From the NCBI GenBank assembly GCA_951406725.2, contig OX597839.1, positions 14,818,001-14,882,000 on the forward strand: a DNA stretch of 64,000 nucleotides, given 5' to 3'. The DNA comes from Octopus vulgaris. Taxonomy: Eukaryota. How positions within the stretch are numbered: position 1 is the first letter of the stretch; every line of letters begins with the position of its first letter. The translations under genes were made by a program, and so were the position numbers. The notes under the pieces were generated by a model. It was not told the origin of the DNA, made no database searches, and saw nothing but the letters and a program-made list of their open reading frames with translations. Below, piece by piece: positions 24,230 to 37,728 of this stretch.

Positions 24230-24301
24230 ATACGAAAATTACATTCTGCTTGCTGCTACCTTCATTGTTCACGCCTGTTTGATAGTAGTAAAAGCATCCA
24301 G
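24230..24301 (-). other. Candidate 72-nt exon (phase 1-1) of an unidentified transcript
   Basis: Acceptor TGATTTTGCAG, donor GTAAGT. Open frame (A)GCFYYYQTGVNNEGSSKQNVIFV, phase-compatible with candidate exons at 24431-24541 and one starting at 24056. Confidence 0.3.
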
Positions 24302-26142
24302 CTGCAAAATCAATTGCTCTAACAGTGAAATACTGTTCAAATTTTTAGAAAACTGTCCCGCAAATGTTAATCATTATAACAATATATGTGTAAAATAAGA
24401 TTGTTTTATTTCATGCTTATATTTTTATACCAATTAACATTTGTAGAACTGTCTTCTGTAAGTTTGAGAATTGTTGAGAGCCAGGAATATGACAGTTGGA
24501 TATTTTTACTACTTTTAAAATATTGATATCTACCAGGAAGACTGAACAAAATGGTTGTAAAAGATGGCAAACTGCAGACACAAGTTACCAAGTATATATA
24601 TATAAATAAACTGCATACATTGTTTGTGTTTTATTTGATTGCCTGTCCACTGCAGTATGAGGGAGTCATCCCACTAATGAACTGGGAAACAAAACAGATA
24701 CATGAGTATGTAAAGTCAATAATGTTTACAACACTAGCACCGCTTTTAATTCATTATTGAATTTAATATGTATCTATCTATACACACACACACACACATA
24801 CATGCATGCACGCACATTATTTGGAAGATACATATTAAAGCAAAAATTTTAATCTGTTACAGTTCAAAACTTTATACCTTACAACAATAGATTCTTTTTA
24901 TAAACTATAATATACACCAGTCAAATGAAGCTTATTACAAGCTGCATTTTATTCATTACATTTGTTTTAATGCCACCACCTGGTCCTTAGTGCCTTTAAT
25001 GAAGCCTATTGTTTTACAAGCATTTATTTAGACCTAGTCTCCAGTCTTGGAGGTCCTGAAAAGAGTGAGGCCCACTACCCTTCCTCCTCTAACTAAAAGA
25101 CTGAAAAAATATGTATACATAGTATTATTTCAAGGGTGAAAAATTGAGTTAAAAAATTAAGCTAGTTAAAAATTTAGTTTGCATGCAGAGGTATAGCAAA
25201 GGATATCAGTACCTGGAGTAGACACTTTGGGCGCCTCATTTTAACTGATATGACAGACCAGAATATAATTTGTGCTATTACTCCCCTTCTTGCTACTCCT
25301 CTGTTTGTATGCACAATATTTGTGTTTGCATCTTAATGAAAACTATTGGATTAATGAATTATACACCTTAACCATCCATCAAGGAGTATTCATGCACTAA
25401 ACATAGTCATGGTTTCTTAACTTTCAAAATTTATATCAAATATCCTATTTGAATAAATATATTTTGTGGTTGTACAATTGTGTTTGTATTGTTTAAATAT
25501 AGACATATGCACTTATATTTACATGTACGTGTATATGTGAGTGTGCGTGTGTGTCTTTATTATATATATCTATAGTATTTCCCTATCATTACATCCTCCT
25601 CTCAAGGTTTTCAAATCTGCTGATGTTTTTTGTATTTTCTTACTTGACCATTGCCCCTTACCAACACTAGTTAAATCTCTCTTATTCTCCCTTACCTTTA
25701 TTCTTCAGTTATTTTTTTCCTCACTCTCACTGTTCCCATTTTACTAATAAAACTTTATCTCTGATATAGGTTTTTGCCTTAAGCATATGACTTCTTGCTT
25801 CCTTCATGAACTCATTTTTATGAAAACTTGATTTGGCAATATTAAATGATAATTAATGGATTAAACTATGATATTTACAAATGTGTTAAATTACTTCAGA
25901 ATTGACATTACCATTATTTAAGCGAATAAGGAAAATAACAGTGGACAATGTGGTCCTGAGTCCACTACACCTAAGAAAAAATTGAATGGCCATAGCTAAA
26001 ATGATTCTGATCATAAGTCTGCTCAGTCAGGTTGACTTGGAATTTAAGCAAATTTGAATCTATTTGTTTGAACTGTAGAAATCCTCTATCATTTATTCAC
26101 TTTTAGATCTAGATTAATTGGGTTATACTTGTCAGAGATGTA

Positions 26143-27417
26143 CAAGGCGGTTTCAAAAGTTCCTTTACTAGTTCTGTTGCATGCCAACAGATGACAGAAT
26201 AGAGTTGCCTGTGCAGCAAGAGCTGGCAGCAGCCTTCATGAGGTAGTGTGCTAAGTGACATTATTGTGTTTACTTCAAGTTGTGAAATTTGTGTTCTTGT
26301 GATCACATGTATGCAGTAGTCTGTCATTTTGTTATGAAAAGGAAGTTAGAACAAAGTGCCAACATGAAATTTTGTGTTAAACTTGAAAAGTCTGTTACAG
26401 GGACATCGAACTTGCTTACAACAGTGAGGCAATGGGTCACATGCAATGTTTCGAGCGGCATGGAAGCTTCAAAAGTGGAAGAATATCTCTGGAAGACGAT
26501 CCATGATCTGGAAGATTTGTCATAAGTGTAACCCCTGAGAATGTGGAGAAAACTCATCAGTTTGTGCATGAGGATCATTGGAGAACAATCAACAACATTG
26601 CTGATGTTGTTGGTCTGTCGTATAGGTCCATGCAGGTAATCCTAACACCTGAATTAAACATGCAGTGTGTCTCTGCCAAGTTTGTTCCCCTCCTGATAAC
26701 CACTGAGCAGAAAGAACATCATGTCAAAGTCTGTCAAGATCTCTGTCAGCATGCTGTTGATGGCCCATTCTTCATGTTGTGGATCATCACCAGTGATAAA
26801 AGTTGAGCCTACAGGTATGATGCTGAGATGAAGCAACAGATGTTACACTGGAAGACCCACATCATCTTCACAACTGAAGAAGGCACAACAAAACTGCAGC
26901 TCAATCAAAAACATGCTCATTGTTTTTTTTTTTCAACATCTGCAGTATTGTGCATCAAGAATTTGTTCATCAGGGCCAGACCATCTACTGTGATGTTTTG
27001 AAGTGGCTGAGGGAGGACATTCAGTGAAAGATTGGACCTATGGAACATGAAGAATTGGATTCTTCATGCTGACAATGCACCCTGTCACTGAGCTCTCCTC
27101 ACTCATGAGTTTCTCACTGAAAACAACATGGTATCACTTCTGCACGTGACATATTCACCAGATTTAGCATCGGCAGACTTCTATCTCTTCCCCAAGATGA
27201 AAATACAACTCAAAGGTCACCATTTTAACACTGTTGTTGAGATCAAGAGTGAATTGCAGAAGGTCCTCAACTCACAGAAAATTACTTTCAGGTCGAATTC
27301 CAAAAGGGGCAGGAATTCTGGGACCAGCGACTATTTTGAAGGATATATTAAAACATAGGTAAATAAGGTATTTTTTATTAAATATAACTAGTTCCTGAAC
27401 TTTTTGATAGCATGTCG
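26143..27417 (+). mobile_element. Near full-length decayed mariner (DD34D-type) transposon, ~1.27 kb
   Basis: Ends TA-CAAGGCGGTTTCAAAAGTTC and GAACTTTTTGATAGCATGTCG-TA. Translation gives MKRKLEQSANMKFCVKL, VSAKFVP, IITSDKS, WILHADNAPCH and YSPDLASADFYLFPKMK. Confidence 0.95.
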
Positions 27418-30400
27418 TACAGTTTGAAAGGTAATTGTGCCAACCTTGACCTCCAGTATCAAAGAAAAGTGATGTGTAAACATTACTTGTAAAACATACT
27501 ACACAACTGGCTGTAAGTTTAATCTTAATATTCATCAAGTGTAAGTGATGCATGTAAACATGTTTGTAAAACATACAATACATTTTGTCAGTGGCTAAAA
27601 CTCTATTCTCTATGTCACTTCTCATTTGTATCAGACATCAAGGTCAAGATAACTGTCTTTCAAAATAGAAACCTCCAACAATTATTGATAGCTGAACAAG
27701 AGGAATATACTGTAGCAATTTCATCTAAAACACTTTCAAAAGATTGCCTACAACAGTCATTAAAACTATTGCAGGTGGGAAAATTTTATGATTATATTTA
27801 TGAAACAGATGCTCTGTAACACATTCACATTGAGCTACTAGCATATCATTGAAGACATCGTTTTCAAATGATGAGTTAAAGGAGAGTATTTTGAGGTGGT
27901 TTACCATTGCCTTTTCCAGATTTAAATGTTTGAGCTCAACACTGTAAGCTAACCAAAATATCTGTAAACTATGCAATGATTCTATTTTCTACAGTGATGA
28001 CCATATTTACACATAGGAATTATGTATATATAAGTAAATTGAACTATTAAGAGTTTTTTCTATCATAAAAAAAACCCCACTAGATTTTATGTAAATTGTG
28101 GTTCTTATGACTTATAGTTTCAACTTTAGTTTAAATATTGTAAAAGGTATTTTATAGAGAGATTTATTTTCTTGTACTTTTTAATTATTGAATGCTATTG
28201 ATATTTTGTTTTAATTTAGATAATCTACAGTATGTGGAATATACCCTATTTATTCTCTACTCAGTCAACTTTGATAGAAGCTAAAAAAAAAATTTGTTTC
28301 AGCTTGGCTATTTATAGAAATATACATTATAAAGCAAATAACCAGAAAATAAGAAAATTGGTAATCAAAAGTAATGTTTCACTTATGTATGTGGTTTATA
28401 TGGGGTAAAATAGAAACACTGTGGGGACATTTGCGATATGTATATTTGTATGTCATAAAGTATTTTCATTTTGCTCAGAGGAAATAATAGAATACGGAAG
28501 GAGTCAGGTAAGGTGGGGAAATTGGGAAATAGAGCCGAAATGAGGACACAGACATTCAAAATTATATGACCACCAAGCAGGCTTTATTCATGTACACGAC
28601 AAAAAATTGAAGACTTCTTTTGAATGATTATTGTAGGAAATAGGGAAAGGAAGCTAGTAAATAAGTTGGAATGTATGGTTACACTTGAGTGAACTTACAC
28701 CTAAGTACAAATACACAAAAACATTTATATTCATACATACATACATACATAGATACATACATACATATATAGCACACTTCACCATACTAGAAAACTGTCT
28801 TTCTCTATTATAACATAATTGTGTAGATTGCACAGCACAACAACAATTCTAATTGTATCATAGACAAAAATTTTGTATGTGTAGTATTATAGTAAGTATT
28901 TTGAACCAGTGAAACAAAGCTAATAAATAGTTGAGAATGTTTAATGAAGCAGTCAGGTTTCTTGGGGAAAAAAACTGTCCTTAAAAAGAAAACCAATATG
29001 TGTTACCGCTTAAGACAGCTCATTAAAAATAATTTGATGGCCATAGCTAGCAGTGCCAATGGAAACTTTTGCTTAATCAGCTATTTTCTTTATAATAGGT
29101 CTACTTAAACTTGAAATAGAGAGCTGAGGTTATGAATTAACATTTTATGGCTTAGTCAGAAGAGGAAGTGCAACACCCATATTTTCAGGGCCTCTGAGGC
29201 TGGTGGGAGGAAGAGAGAAAGTTATTCTCAGAACAGAGACCTGGTTTAAAAGTTTGCAATATTATGGAATCCATTAAAAGAATCCATGGGCCATGTATCT
29301 TGGTGTGAGACAGGTGGATGTTTAAACATGAACTCCTGATGTTAGGCCTATTCTGTGCTTTTTTTCCATATCCAAAACAATATAATAAAAACACCATTCT
29401 TCCTTGCATGACCATTTTTACTGCTTAATCCTTTGTTGTCATTTCAAGAAGATGCAACATCAGATCTGTCTTTACCATTTTGGCTTAAGTCTTCCTTAGC
29501 CCCTAAGCTCTCCCCTAGTTCCAGTCACTGTGAGTATGTGGAACTTCATACAGCTACTCTCCTCCATGCATATCACTTATTTGTGTCTTCTTTGTGCACT
29601 ACATCTGATTCCTATATTTCCATTATGTAATTATATAAAGCAAATAGCTTATGCATTCAATCTTCTTTGCTATATTCTTCTTTGATCTGTAGTTTAGTTT
29701 TGCTACTTCAGTTTATTTCTTGGTTACAAATAGTACAGTTGGTAGTATTTCTAGCTTACATTATTTGTGAAATTTAAAATAAATTTATGTAAATGTGACA
29801 GGGATGGCAACCATAGTGATGATAATGATGACATAGAAATAGTAGGTATAATTAATTCTTCAGTAAATTCACTACCTTAGGCAACTAGAATACAAATTGA
29901 GGAAAGTTGAAATATAATGTGCTTTACAGACTATGAATTTGTCATCTAGTTAATTAATTTCTCTTTTATATGAAGAATATGATACTTTAAGATATATTTA
30001 ATCTAAGAAAGCAGGGTAATGTCTGTAGCCTCTAGGCCTTTTCAGATTGGTGTGGTCGGTTCAGTTGATATACAACTTGAACTTCATAGCTTCATGATGT
30101 CTACAGAGAAAACTATTCATAATTCCAGAAATTTGTTCTTGTTATTTAAACCCAAGTTAGCCTAATTGAGGAAACCTATCTATGCATATCTATTACTTCT
30201 TTTTCTGACATTTAAGGCTGCATTAATCAATAATGTACATTATTTTAAGATGGTAGGATGTGATTTGGAGATCTAGCTCCTATTTATAGCAGGCCAAGCA
30301 ACCAAAGATGTCTGTAGTTTTGAGTAGTAGTAGGAGGAGTGAGGAAATGTTAACTCTTTAGCTCTGATTAAGAGATATCTCATGAAACCTCAAAATGCAA

Positions 30401-31129
30401 AACAAGTTTTAGGATTTTAATACAGAATTTTGTATATGAAAGGCAGGAATAGGACTAATAGGAGAAGAGGCAGATGCATCATATAGAACACAGTACTAAA
30501 TTGGAAGCAGGTGCATCAGGTGGTAACATTGTTCTGAAGATATTATTTTGTACTAAGATAAATTTAATCCTAAGCACAAAAGCTTTTTTATTTTTATGGA
30601 GAACAAGTTCTGATTAGTTACCTTAACAGCAAAATAACACTGGCATTTATTTCATTAAACTGAGAAGTATATACTTTGCTGATCTGGAAGTTTAATTCAG
30701 AGAAATTTGAAACAGAACTGCAAATGAAAAAGTGCTATGACAACATAAATTAGTAGTTTAACACTGATTCTAGCAAAGTTTTGATGGTTGAGGTAGATTC
30801 TGTTGTCCATAGCTGAGTGTGCTTCATTCTAAAGAATTTAGAAAACCTTCACTCCTTAAAATGTAATTATTATTTAAATCACAGAAATTAAATTTTAACC
30901 ATTTCCCAGAGACAAAATGTGTGTATTTAATGCAACATTGTGAGAGTGAAAAACAATAGATTCGAAACCAAGATGTAGTTTCATTATATCAAGAACTGCA
31001 TAAACCAATGAAAACTTAAGATGGTAGGATGTGATTTGAAGATTTAGAGCTATTATTAGAAGGTTGAGTGACCATATTAGAGGTTCACCTTACAAATTAA
31101 ACTCTTATAAACTAATATGATTATAGCAT

Positions 31130-31500
31130 AGCATAATTCCTAAACTTGAGTGCAAGTGTATACAGGACAATGAATTGAATATTCCGTATAATGTGAGTGG
31201 GCGCAAGCTAGAGAGACCTGGGAAAGATCTCATTCATCCACTGTATGAATTCAAAAATTACTATAGATAGTCTTCCAATAGTGTCAGCTTCTTAGACGTT
31301 AACTTAAATCTAAAAGCTAGCAGTTTCAAGCCTAATAAAAGTCTATACTATGTTAAGAGGTCCAGTTACCCACCTTAGGAATATAATTTATAATATAAGT
31401 AGACAAATCTCCAAACAGTAATTGGATGAGACAACCTTCAATACAGCCTGGCCCTACAACAATGATGCTCTGAAGATCAGCATGTTCTCAGAGCATATTT
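31130..31500 (+). mobile_element. Decayed Penelope-like element RT fragment
   Basis: Broken-frame Y.DNEL..NVSGRKLER..KDLI, KITID, VSFLDVNLNL, KPNKSLYYVKRSSYPP, ISRQISK and YNNDALK match the PLE RT C-terminal pattern (YRDD..FLD..SNHP). Confidence 0.75.
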
Positions 31501-31679
31501 TATATATATATTGTAACATCTCCATGTGACTGGTTACCAGTTGTATACCCATGACGTTTTGGCATTGCATACTTCATCTGCAAATTATGACTATAATGAT
31601 TACTACGTAACTTTGAGCTTCCTGTAACAGCTGTCAAGTTAAGAAATTACATATTTTCTTCATATTTTTTAATGCTCCA

Positions 31680-32005
31680 GTTAAATGTGTGTATGTATGT
31701 ATGTATGTATGTGCGTGTACGTGTATTTTGTTTCTGAATATATGTGGATATGTGTGTATGTATATATGTCAAGCTTAATTGTTTATCAGCATTACTACCT
31801 ATACATAGATATATGCTCACATACACATGCACACATATATGCTCACAAATGCACAATATATCATGCACGTATATATGCACACATGTACATGCACATGCTC
31901 ATATATATATATGCACACAAGCACACATATATATGCACACAAGCACACTTGCATATATGTGCACATCCACACACATATATGTGCACATGCACACTCATAC
32001 TCACA
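31680..32005. repeat. Low-complexity (CA/TA/TG) cryptic microsatellite
   Basis: Alternating purine-pyrimidine tract that generates spurious H/T/Y/M/C-rich ORFs. Confidence 0.85.
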
Positions 32006-33062
32006 CATCATTGTTTAACATTCTTTTCCCCATGTTGGACTGTTCAACAGGAACTGACAAGCTAGAGGACTGCACCAATCATCAATGTCTTTTTTGGTAT
32101 GGGTTCAACAACTAGATGCCCTTTCAAATCCCATACTTTAGTATACTGGGTTTTTTTTTATTGTGACACTGGCACTAGTAAGGTCACCAAGTAACTCACA
32201 AGACAAGAACCCTGGAGGAGGTGGAAGCATAATAGACAAGAATACGTGTCTTGTTCAAGAGGAGATATATGGTTTTCCCAGAGAGAGAGAGAGAGAGATG
32301 GTGAGGGCATAGCCTCAGGGTTCAAGGTGAATATAAGAGAAAGAATAGGGATAGAGGAACAGTTGGGTAATTAAGTCTGCAAGAGAGTGAATAGGAATGT
32401 GACAGATGATTAATGACAGGGGTGGATTCAGTGAATGGGACACACAGTAGAGGCATGGTCAATGGTGACTATCAGTCAGGTGGGAAGTGACAGAAATAGG
32501 GAGTGGGTCAAGGATTTGGAAGCAATAACAGACAGTAATAGGGATACAATGTGAAGTGTTGGTGAATAAATATCATTTACAAAAACTGAGTTGTACCATC
32601 TTTACATGAGTTGTGGTGGGGAAATTTGACAGGACCTCACTTTTAGTGAGATGGGTGTGTCTTAAGCATAACAATGTTGATCCTTTCAGTCCTTTGTAAT
32701 TTCCCTGTGAAGCTCAACATATTGAGATCAGTCTTCACTATTTCATTCCACATCTTCCTGGGTTTCCCTCTTCCACAGATTCTATCCACATTTAGCAATC
32801 AATTCTTTTTTTTATGTAACTGTCTTCATCTATCTACATCACCCATGGAAGCATAAAAGATGACATTAAATGATGATGATCACATGATTACACCAACAGT
32901 TTTCTTTTGCAACACATCTGTTGCCTTTATGTCTAACTGTTCTACTGACACATTTTTTTTTTTTGCTGTACACATAGACAAGGATATTACAGCAACCTAG
33001 CCTCATTTCTTTCCAGTCTTCACATGTCCCCCACATTCACAGTCCAAGTTTCACACCCATGA
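32005..33062 (-). mobile_element. Decayed RTE 3' fragment with long GA-rich 3' UTR
   Basis: HGCETWTVNVGDM.RLERNEARL and DRICGRGKPRKMWNEIVKTDLNML; tail at ~32005-32040. Confidence 0.8.
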
Positions 33063-33084
33063 GTGTGTACACTCCCCCCTCCCC

Positions 33085-33476
33085 TAGTTTTAATGTCTAT
33101 TTTTCCATACTTGCATAGATCATGCAGAATTTGTTGCGGCAGGTACTCTAAGGGCCAGACACCCTTGTCACCAATTGTCACCTGATTCCAAGCAAAGTAA
33201 TATTTCTCCATAGCTGGACATCTTGAATGGCAGTGACACTTATTTATAAGCATCACATGATGCCAAAACAAGGAGACATATACACCCATATCAAATATAT
33301 AAATATATGCATATGATAGGCTTCTTTCAGTTTCCAAATCCATCTACTAAATCCACTCACAGGGCTTTGATTAGGCCAGGGCAAACAGGAATTTGCCTAA
33401 GGTGCCACAGTGGGGTGGAACTCACAATCTTGATAATGGTAAACAGACTCCTTAACCACACAGTCATTCCTGTACT
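33085..33476 (-). mobile_element. SINE family A with RTE-derived tail
   Basis: Head at 33315-33476 and tail GTTTTAATGTCTATTTTTCCATACTTGCAT at ~33087. Same layout as 58386-58780. Confidence 0.75.
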
Positions 33477-35237
33477 TATGAATTTGTTAACCATGCAAAG
33501 AAATATGATCCTAGAATAAAGAATGGTGGTTCTAGGTTAAAAACATGGTTCCCGTACAAAGAATTATAGTCCTAGAATAAAGAAATATAGTTTCTATCAT
33601 GGAGGAGTATTATTCTAGTTCAAAGAAATACCATTTTTACCTAAATAAATAACAAACTATGAACAAATGTATCATATTTTCAAAGTATCTTTTAAGGCAT
33701 TATTACAACCAATCTAGAATCTATCTCTTTAGATTTTAGGGAATTGTTCTTAATCTTTGCTCTTGGTCAACTCTGAGTGAACATCACAGTAATCAAATAA
33801 CTACATTATCTAGTATGTTCTGTTCTTTCTTTAAGATGGATTGCAGGAAGACCATTTGGTTCATGCCAAGCAGTTACTCATTGTGGTTAAAAACCTTTGC
33901 AAATGTGGCATGCTTTGGTTCTTCTCTGATGAGAACATCTTCAACCAAGACCTTAAGCCTTACAATAAAAATGACAATTGTGTGCAGCTCTTTCTGACGC
34001 CCCCAGAGTGATGCATTCTATTGTCTGGGTAATATCCAAAATGAATAAGAACATTTGGTGTAGACATATCAATTATTCCAGTCCACATTGAAGCAGTCAT
34101 TGAAGTTAGTCAGATTCATAGAAGAATCTTGTAAGAAAGCTTATTGAGAGAGTACACAAATTTTTATTAAAATGCAGTTGTTTTTTCCTAGATTAGAGTT
34201 ATTTCATTAAACTACCATATGTCCTGAAATATCTCTTACACCCTGTGTGTATGTGTCTATAGTATTTTACCACAGAAACTGCCTGTATTTCAAACAAATG
34301 TGTGTGCTGTTATAAATTCATACACATGAAATGAATGTTATAGCTAATTTTAATATTATTTAGTCTTATACAATCTGATCATATTTTATTTGTTTATTTA
34401 TCCATTTATTTTTATGTGAGGGTTTTTTTTTTCTTTTTTTTTTTGCTAAGGATAAATTCCATTTAAATCTACAAAAACAAGCAGCTAGTGTTTGGAAGTC
34501 ATTTTGTTTTTGTTTTTTTCTTTTCTGCACATGTCAAACAGTAAAAGAATTACTATTATCCATTGTTATTAATATTGTCTGCCTCTTTTTGCCCCTTGTC
34601 TACTATTCTGTTCTATAACTTTTAATTTTAACCAATGTCACAAAAAAATTATATGGAAACATGAAAATAAATAATTTCCAAAGACTGTTTGCCATAAGAC
34701 AAAATGTAAAACATGGATTGTTAGCATGAAATAGCAGCAATACAATAATAGCTATGTGATATAAATGGTGATATGACAGTATAATAGAAGAATAATTGTA
34801 GCTTGTAGTTCAAGGTCTGCTGTTGTGCTGATATGCCAAGTCAGTTGGTTCTAAAAAACATTTGGTAAGTCCTTGACTTACACTGCGTGTCACTAGTTTA
34901 GGCTAAGCACCTGCCAAATTTTTTTTTCTTCATTACCAGCCTGAGTGTAGAGTTCATATAAAAACAATTGAAATAATTACATTTATATTTTACATAAAAT
35001 TGTTAATATTTAAATTGTGAAATTTACCACAGTTAAAATGCTCTAGAAATTTCATAATCTCAAAGCTGTTGCTTAACTCTGGATTTTGTAGTATTTAATG
35101 AATGCTTGTCTATTAGAGGAAATATGACAACTACAGTCCCAGTATGGTATTTAAAGAATTCTCATGACACGAGATGATAGTAATTACCTACTTTATCCGT
35201 ATTACTTCTCTTCTATTTTATAATTTTCTCTGATAAT

Positions 35238-35455
35238 TTAACCTTTTGGGGCCACATTTCAAATGAAAAACCCTGCCAATGTGTTCCAGTTAATTTTTAA
35301 AATAATCAAAATTTGGTGGAATTTAATGAAATAACTATTTTTCAAGATGCTAGAAACAATTAAGCTGGTAGGAAGAATGAACATTTTAAAATGTAAGTTT
35401 TTTTTTAATCATATAACAAGAAGCAATCACAGGCATGTTGGAATCAAAAGGGCGA
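35238..35455. mobile_element. Probable decayed TTAA-type MITE (related to 40863-41098)
   Basis: TTAA-CCTTTTG...CAAAAGGG ends and an AT-rich interior. Confidence 0.45.
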
Positions 35456-37728
35456 AAAAAAATATTTTAATTATATTCTAACTTATTTCAATAACATATA
35501 ATTACTTTTATCATTAGTACAAATTGCAGACTTTTAGGAAAAAGATTAAACTGGTTTGAATTAACATCAGTAAATTACACATATTTTAGTTTGCCTGCAC
35601 TGGTATACTCATATTCCAGTTTAGTTGTAAGGATGCTGTTGTGAAAGATTTCAATCTGGCAGAACCATCCATTTATCTCCATGTCTGTCCATGTCTGATT
35701 TCTCCCAGAAAGACATTAGACAGGAAAGGAGAAAGTGAAGAATCAATTCCTGTACAGTACTTAACCTTATTTATTGACACCCTACCCTTACCACACACAC
35801 ACACAAAATGAAAGGAAAAGTTAGGAACAGTATTTGATTTTGGAATGTAAAGAGGCAGAACAAATACTACCAGGCAATGCATCAAGTGCTCTGATGAATC
35901 AGCCAATTCAAGACCTTATTATTTTAGTATTTCTGTTTGAATTGTTACAGAATTCTTTCACATGATTCTCTTTAAATATGTAAAAACATAAAATGCAACA
36001 ACTCAAAAATCAAAACTCCAGCCATCCAATATTCTTTGAGTATTACTTTTAAATAACTAAAAATTTCTAATATTCTATATAATATGTATGTCTACATTAA
36101 ATGTAAGCAAACTATATTTTTCAAACACTCTTAACTTATTAATTGAATCTAATAAGATTAGCAGAATCATTAGCAAAATGGATAAAATATTTTATGGTAT
36201 TATTTAGTTATGTCTCTATATGTTCTGGGTTCAACTCACACCTTGTCCCATGCCTTCCTAGGTCTACTTCTTTCCTAGGTTCCCTCCACAGTTAGAAATC
36301 GGCACTTCTTTACACAGCTGTCCTCATCCATATGGAGACTACTTAGACATTCTCATTAGTTAATTACAAATTTCAGCCAACCATTTTTTTCTCTGAAACT
36401 AGATATATTGCTATACATTAGTGGTGCAGTTGTTCCATTCTAGAATCAAAAATCTAGAACTCATCTTGGTGATAATGATTTCTGACTTTGGTACATTACC
36501 ACAAATTGAAAGGGAGTAGACAATTTGACCTAATACATGATTGCTTCTTTTATAAACCTATTTTCTATAGTTAGGATAACTGAGCTGAAGCTCAACCAAA
36601 TATCACAATAATGCCTTTTGCACTTGGCCATTTTGTTTTATATGGTAATCTTTTTAAAGTTTCAATTTTTCAGGGACACTGAATTCAGAACATAAAGGTG
36701 CATAATTCTCTGCCTGATGCTCTATTTCTACTGTTCAGCTGTCACCTCACCATTTTTTTCTCAATTATCAATAGTAAAAACAATATTTTACACTCTTAAA
36801 GAACAGAGCCAATGAGAGCCTCTGTGATTTCTTGAATTCTTAGAAACAGCAGACAAATCTCCCTCAGATGACATCTTTACCATCTTAAAAGCATATTTGA
36901 AAAAAAAAACATAGTCATGGTTGCAATGCCTTTAATTGTCTGCTTATTGAAACTAAACTGGAGCTTACACAACAGTAACTTGTGCCTATTTTATCAGAAT
37001 GAGGTAAGTAAATATGAAAAGAGAAGTCTTCCTCAATTTTAGTTGAACTCAGTACAAACTAAACACTGGTTAAATATGAATTCTTTATACTAACTTGTGT
37101 GCCAACTTCTCTAATCTTACATTCTGGTTGGAACTACTTTATCTATATCACCGAAAAAAAAAATATAAAAGAAACTTTATTTTTCCATTCCTCTTTTCTC
37201 CAAAATTTCTTTTGTGAATGCAATAAGTTATTTTTTAGAGGTAGTATTTCTTATAAAGTGCAAAAAAAAAAGTCCTGGTCTGCATCATCAATTAGTGATA
37301 ATAAACAGCTCAAAAGTAGAATAAATTAATTTGCTGTGAGGAAGGGGAAAAGTTAAATATTTTAGGCAGTAACCTGCACTGAGTGTTTTCTTTTGGTACT
37401 TCATAGATAGATTGAAATTAGTGAGAGAGAAAATAGTGAAGAATAAGATATGGCAGGGATTTCATCACCAAAGTGTGATGAGAAGTGAAGCTGACATTAT
37501 GAGTACTGAAGTGCTGAACAGTAATGCTAAATAAAACATCCGAATGTATTTATTTTGTTTCATTTTGTTCTGTACTTATAATTTTTGTATTAGCATTATG
37601 GTAATGGAAATTAGGAAAGCCATGGTGGGTAGGTCTTTCTCCAGGATCATTGAACTAGCTTTCATCATTAGGACAGTAATGTTTATAATTTTGCAATATT
37701 TCACAATTAAAATTGGAATTAAGGCTTG

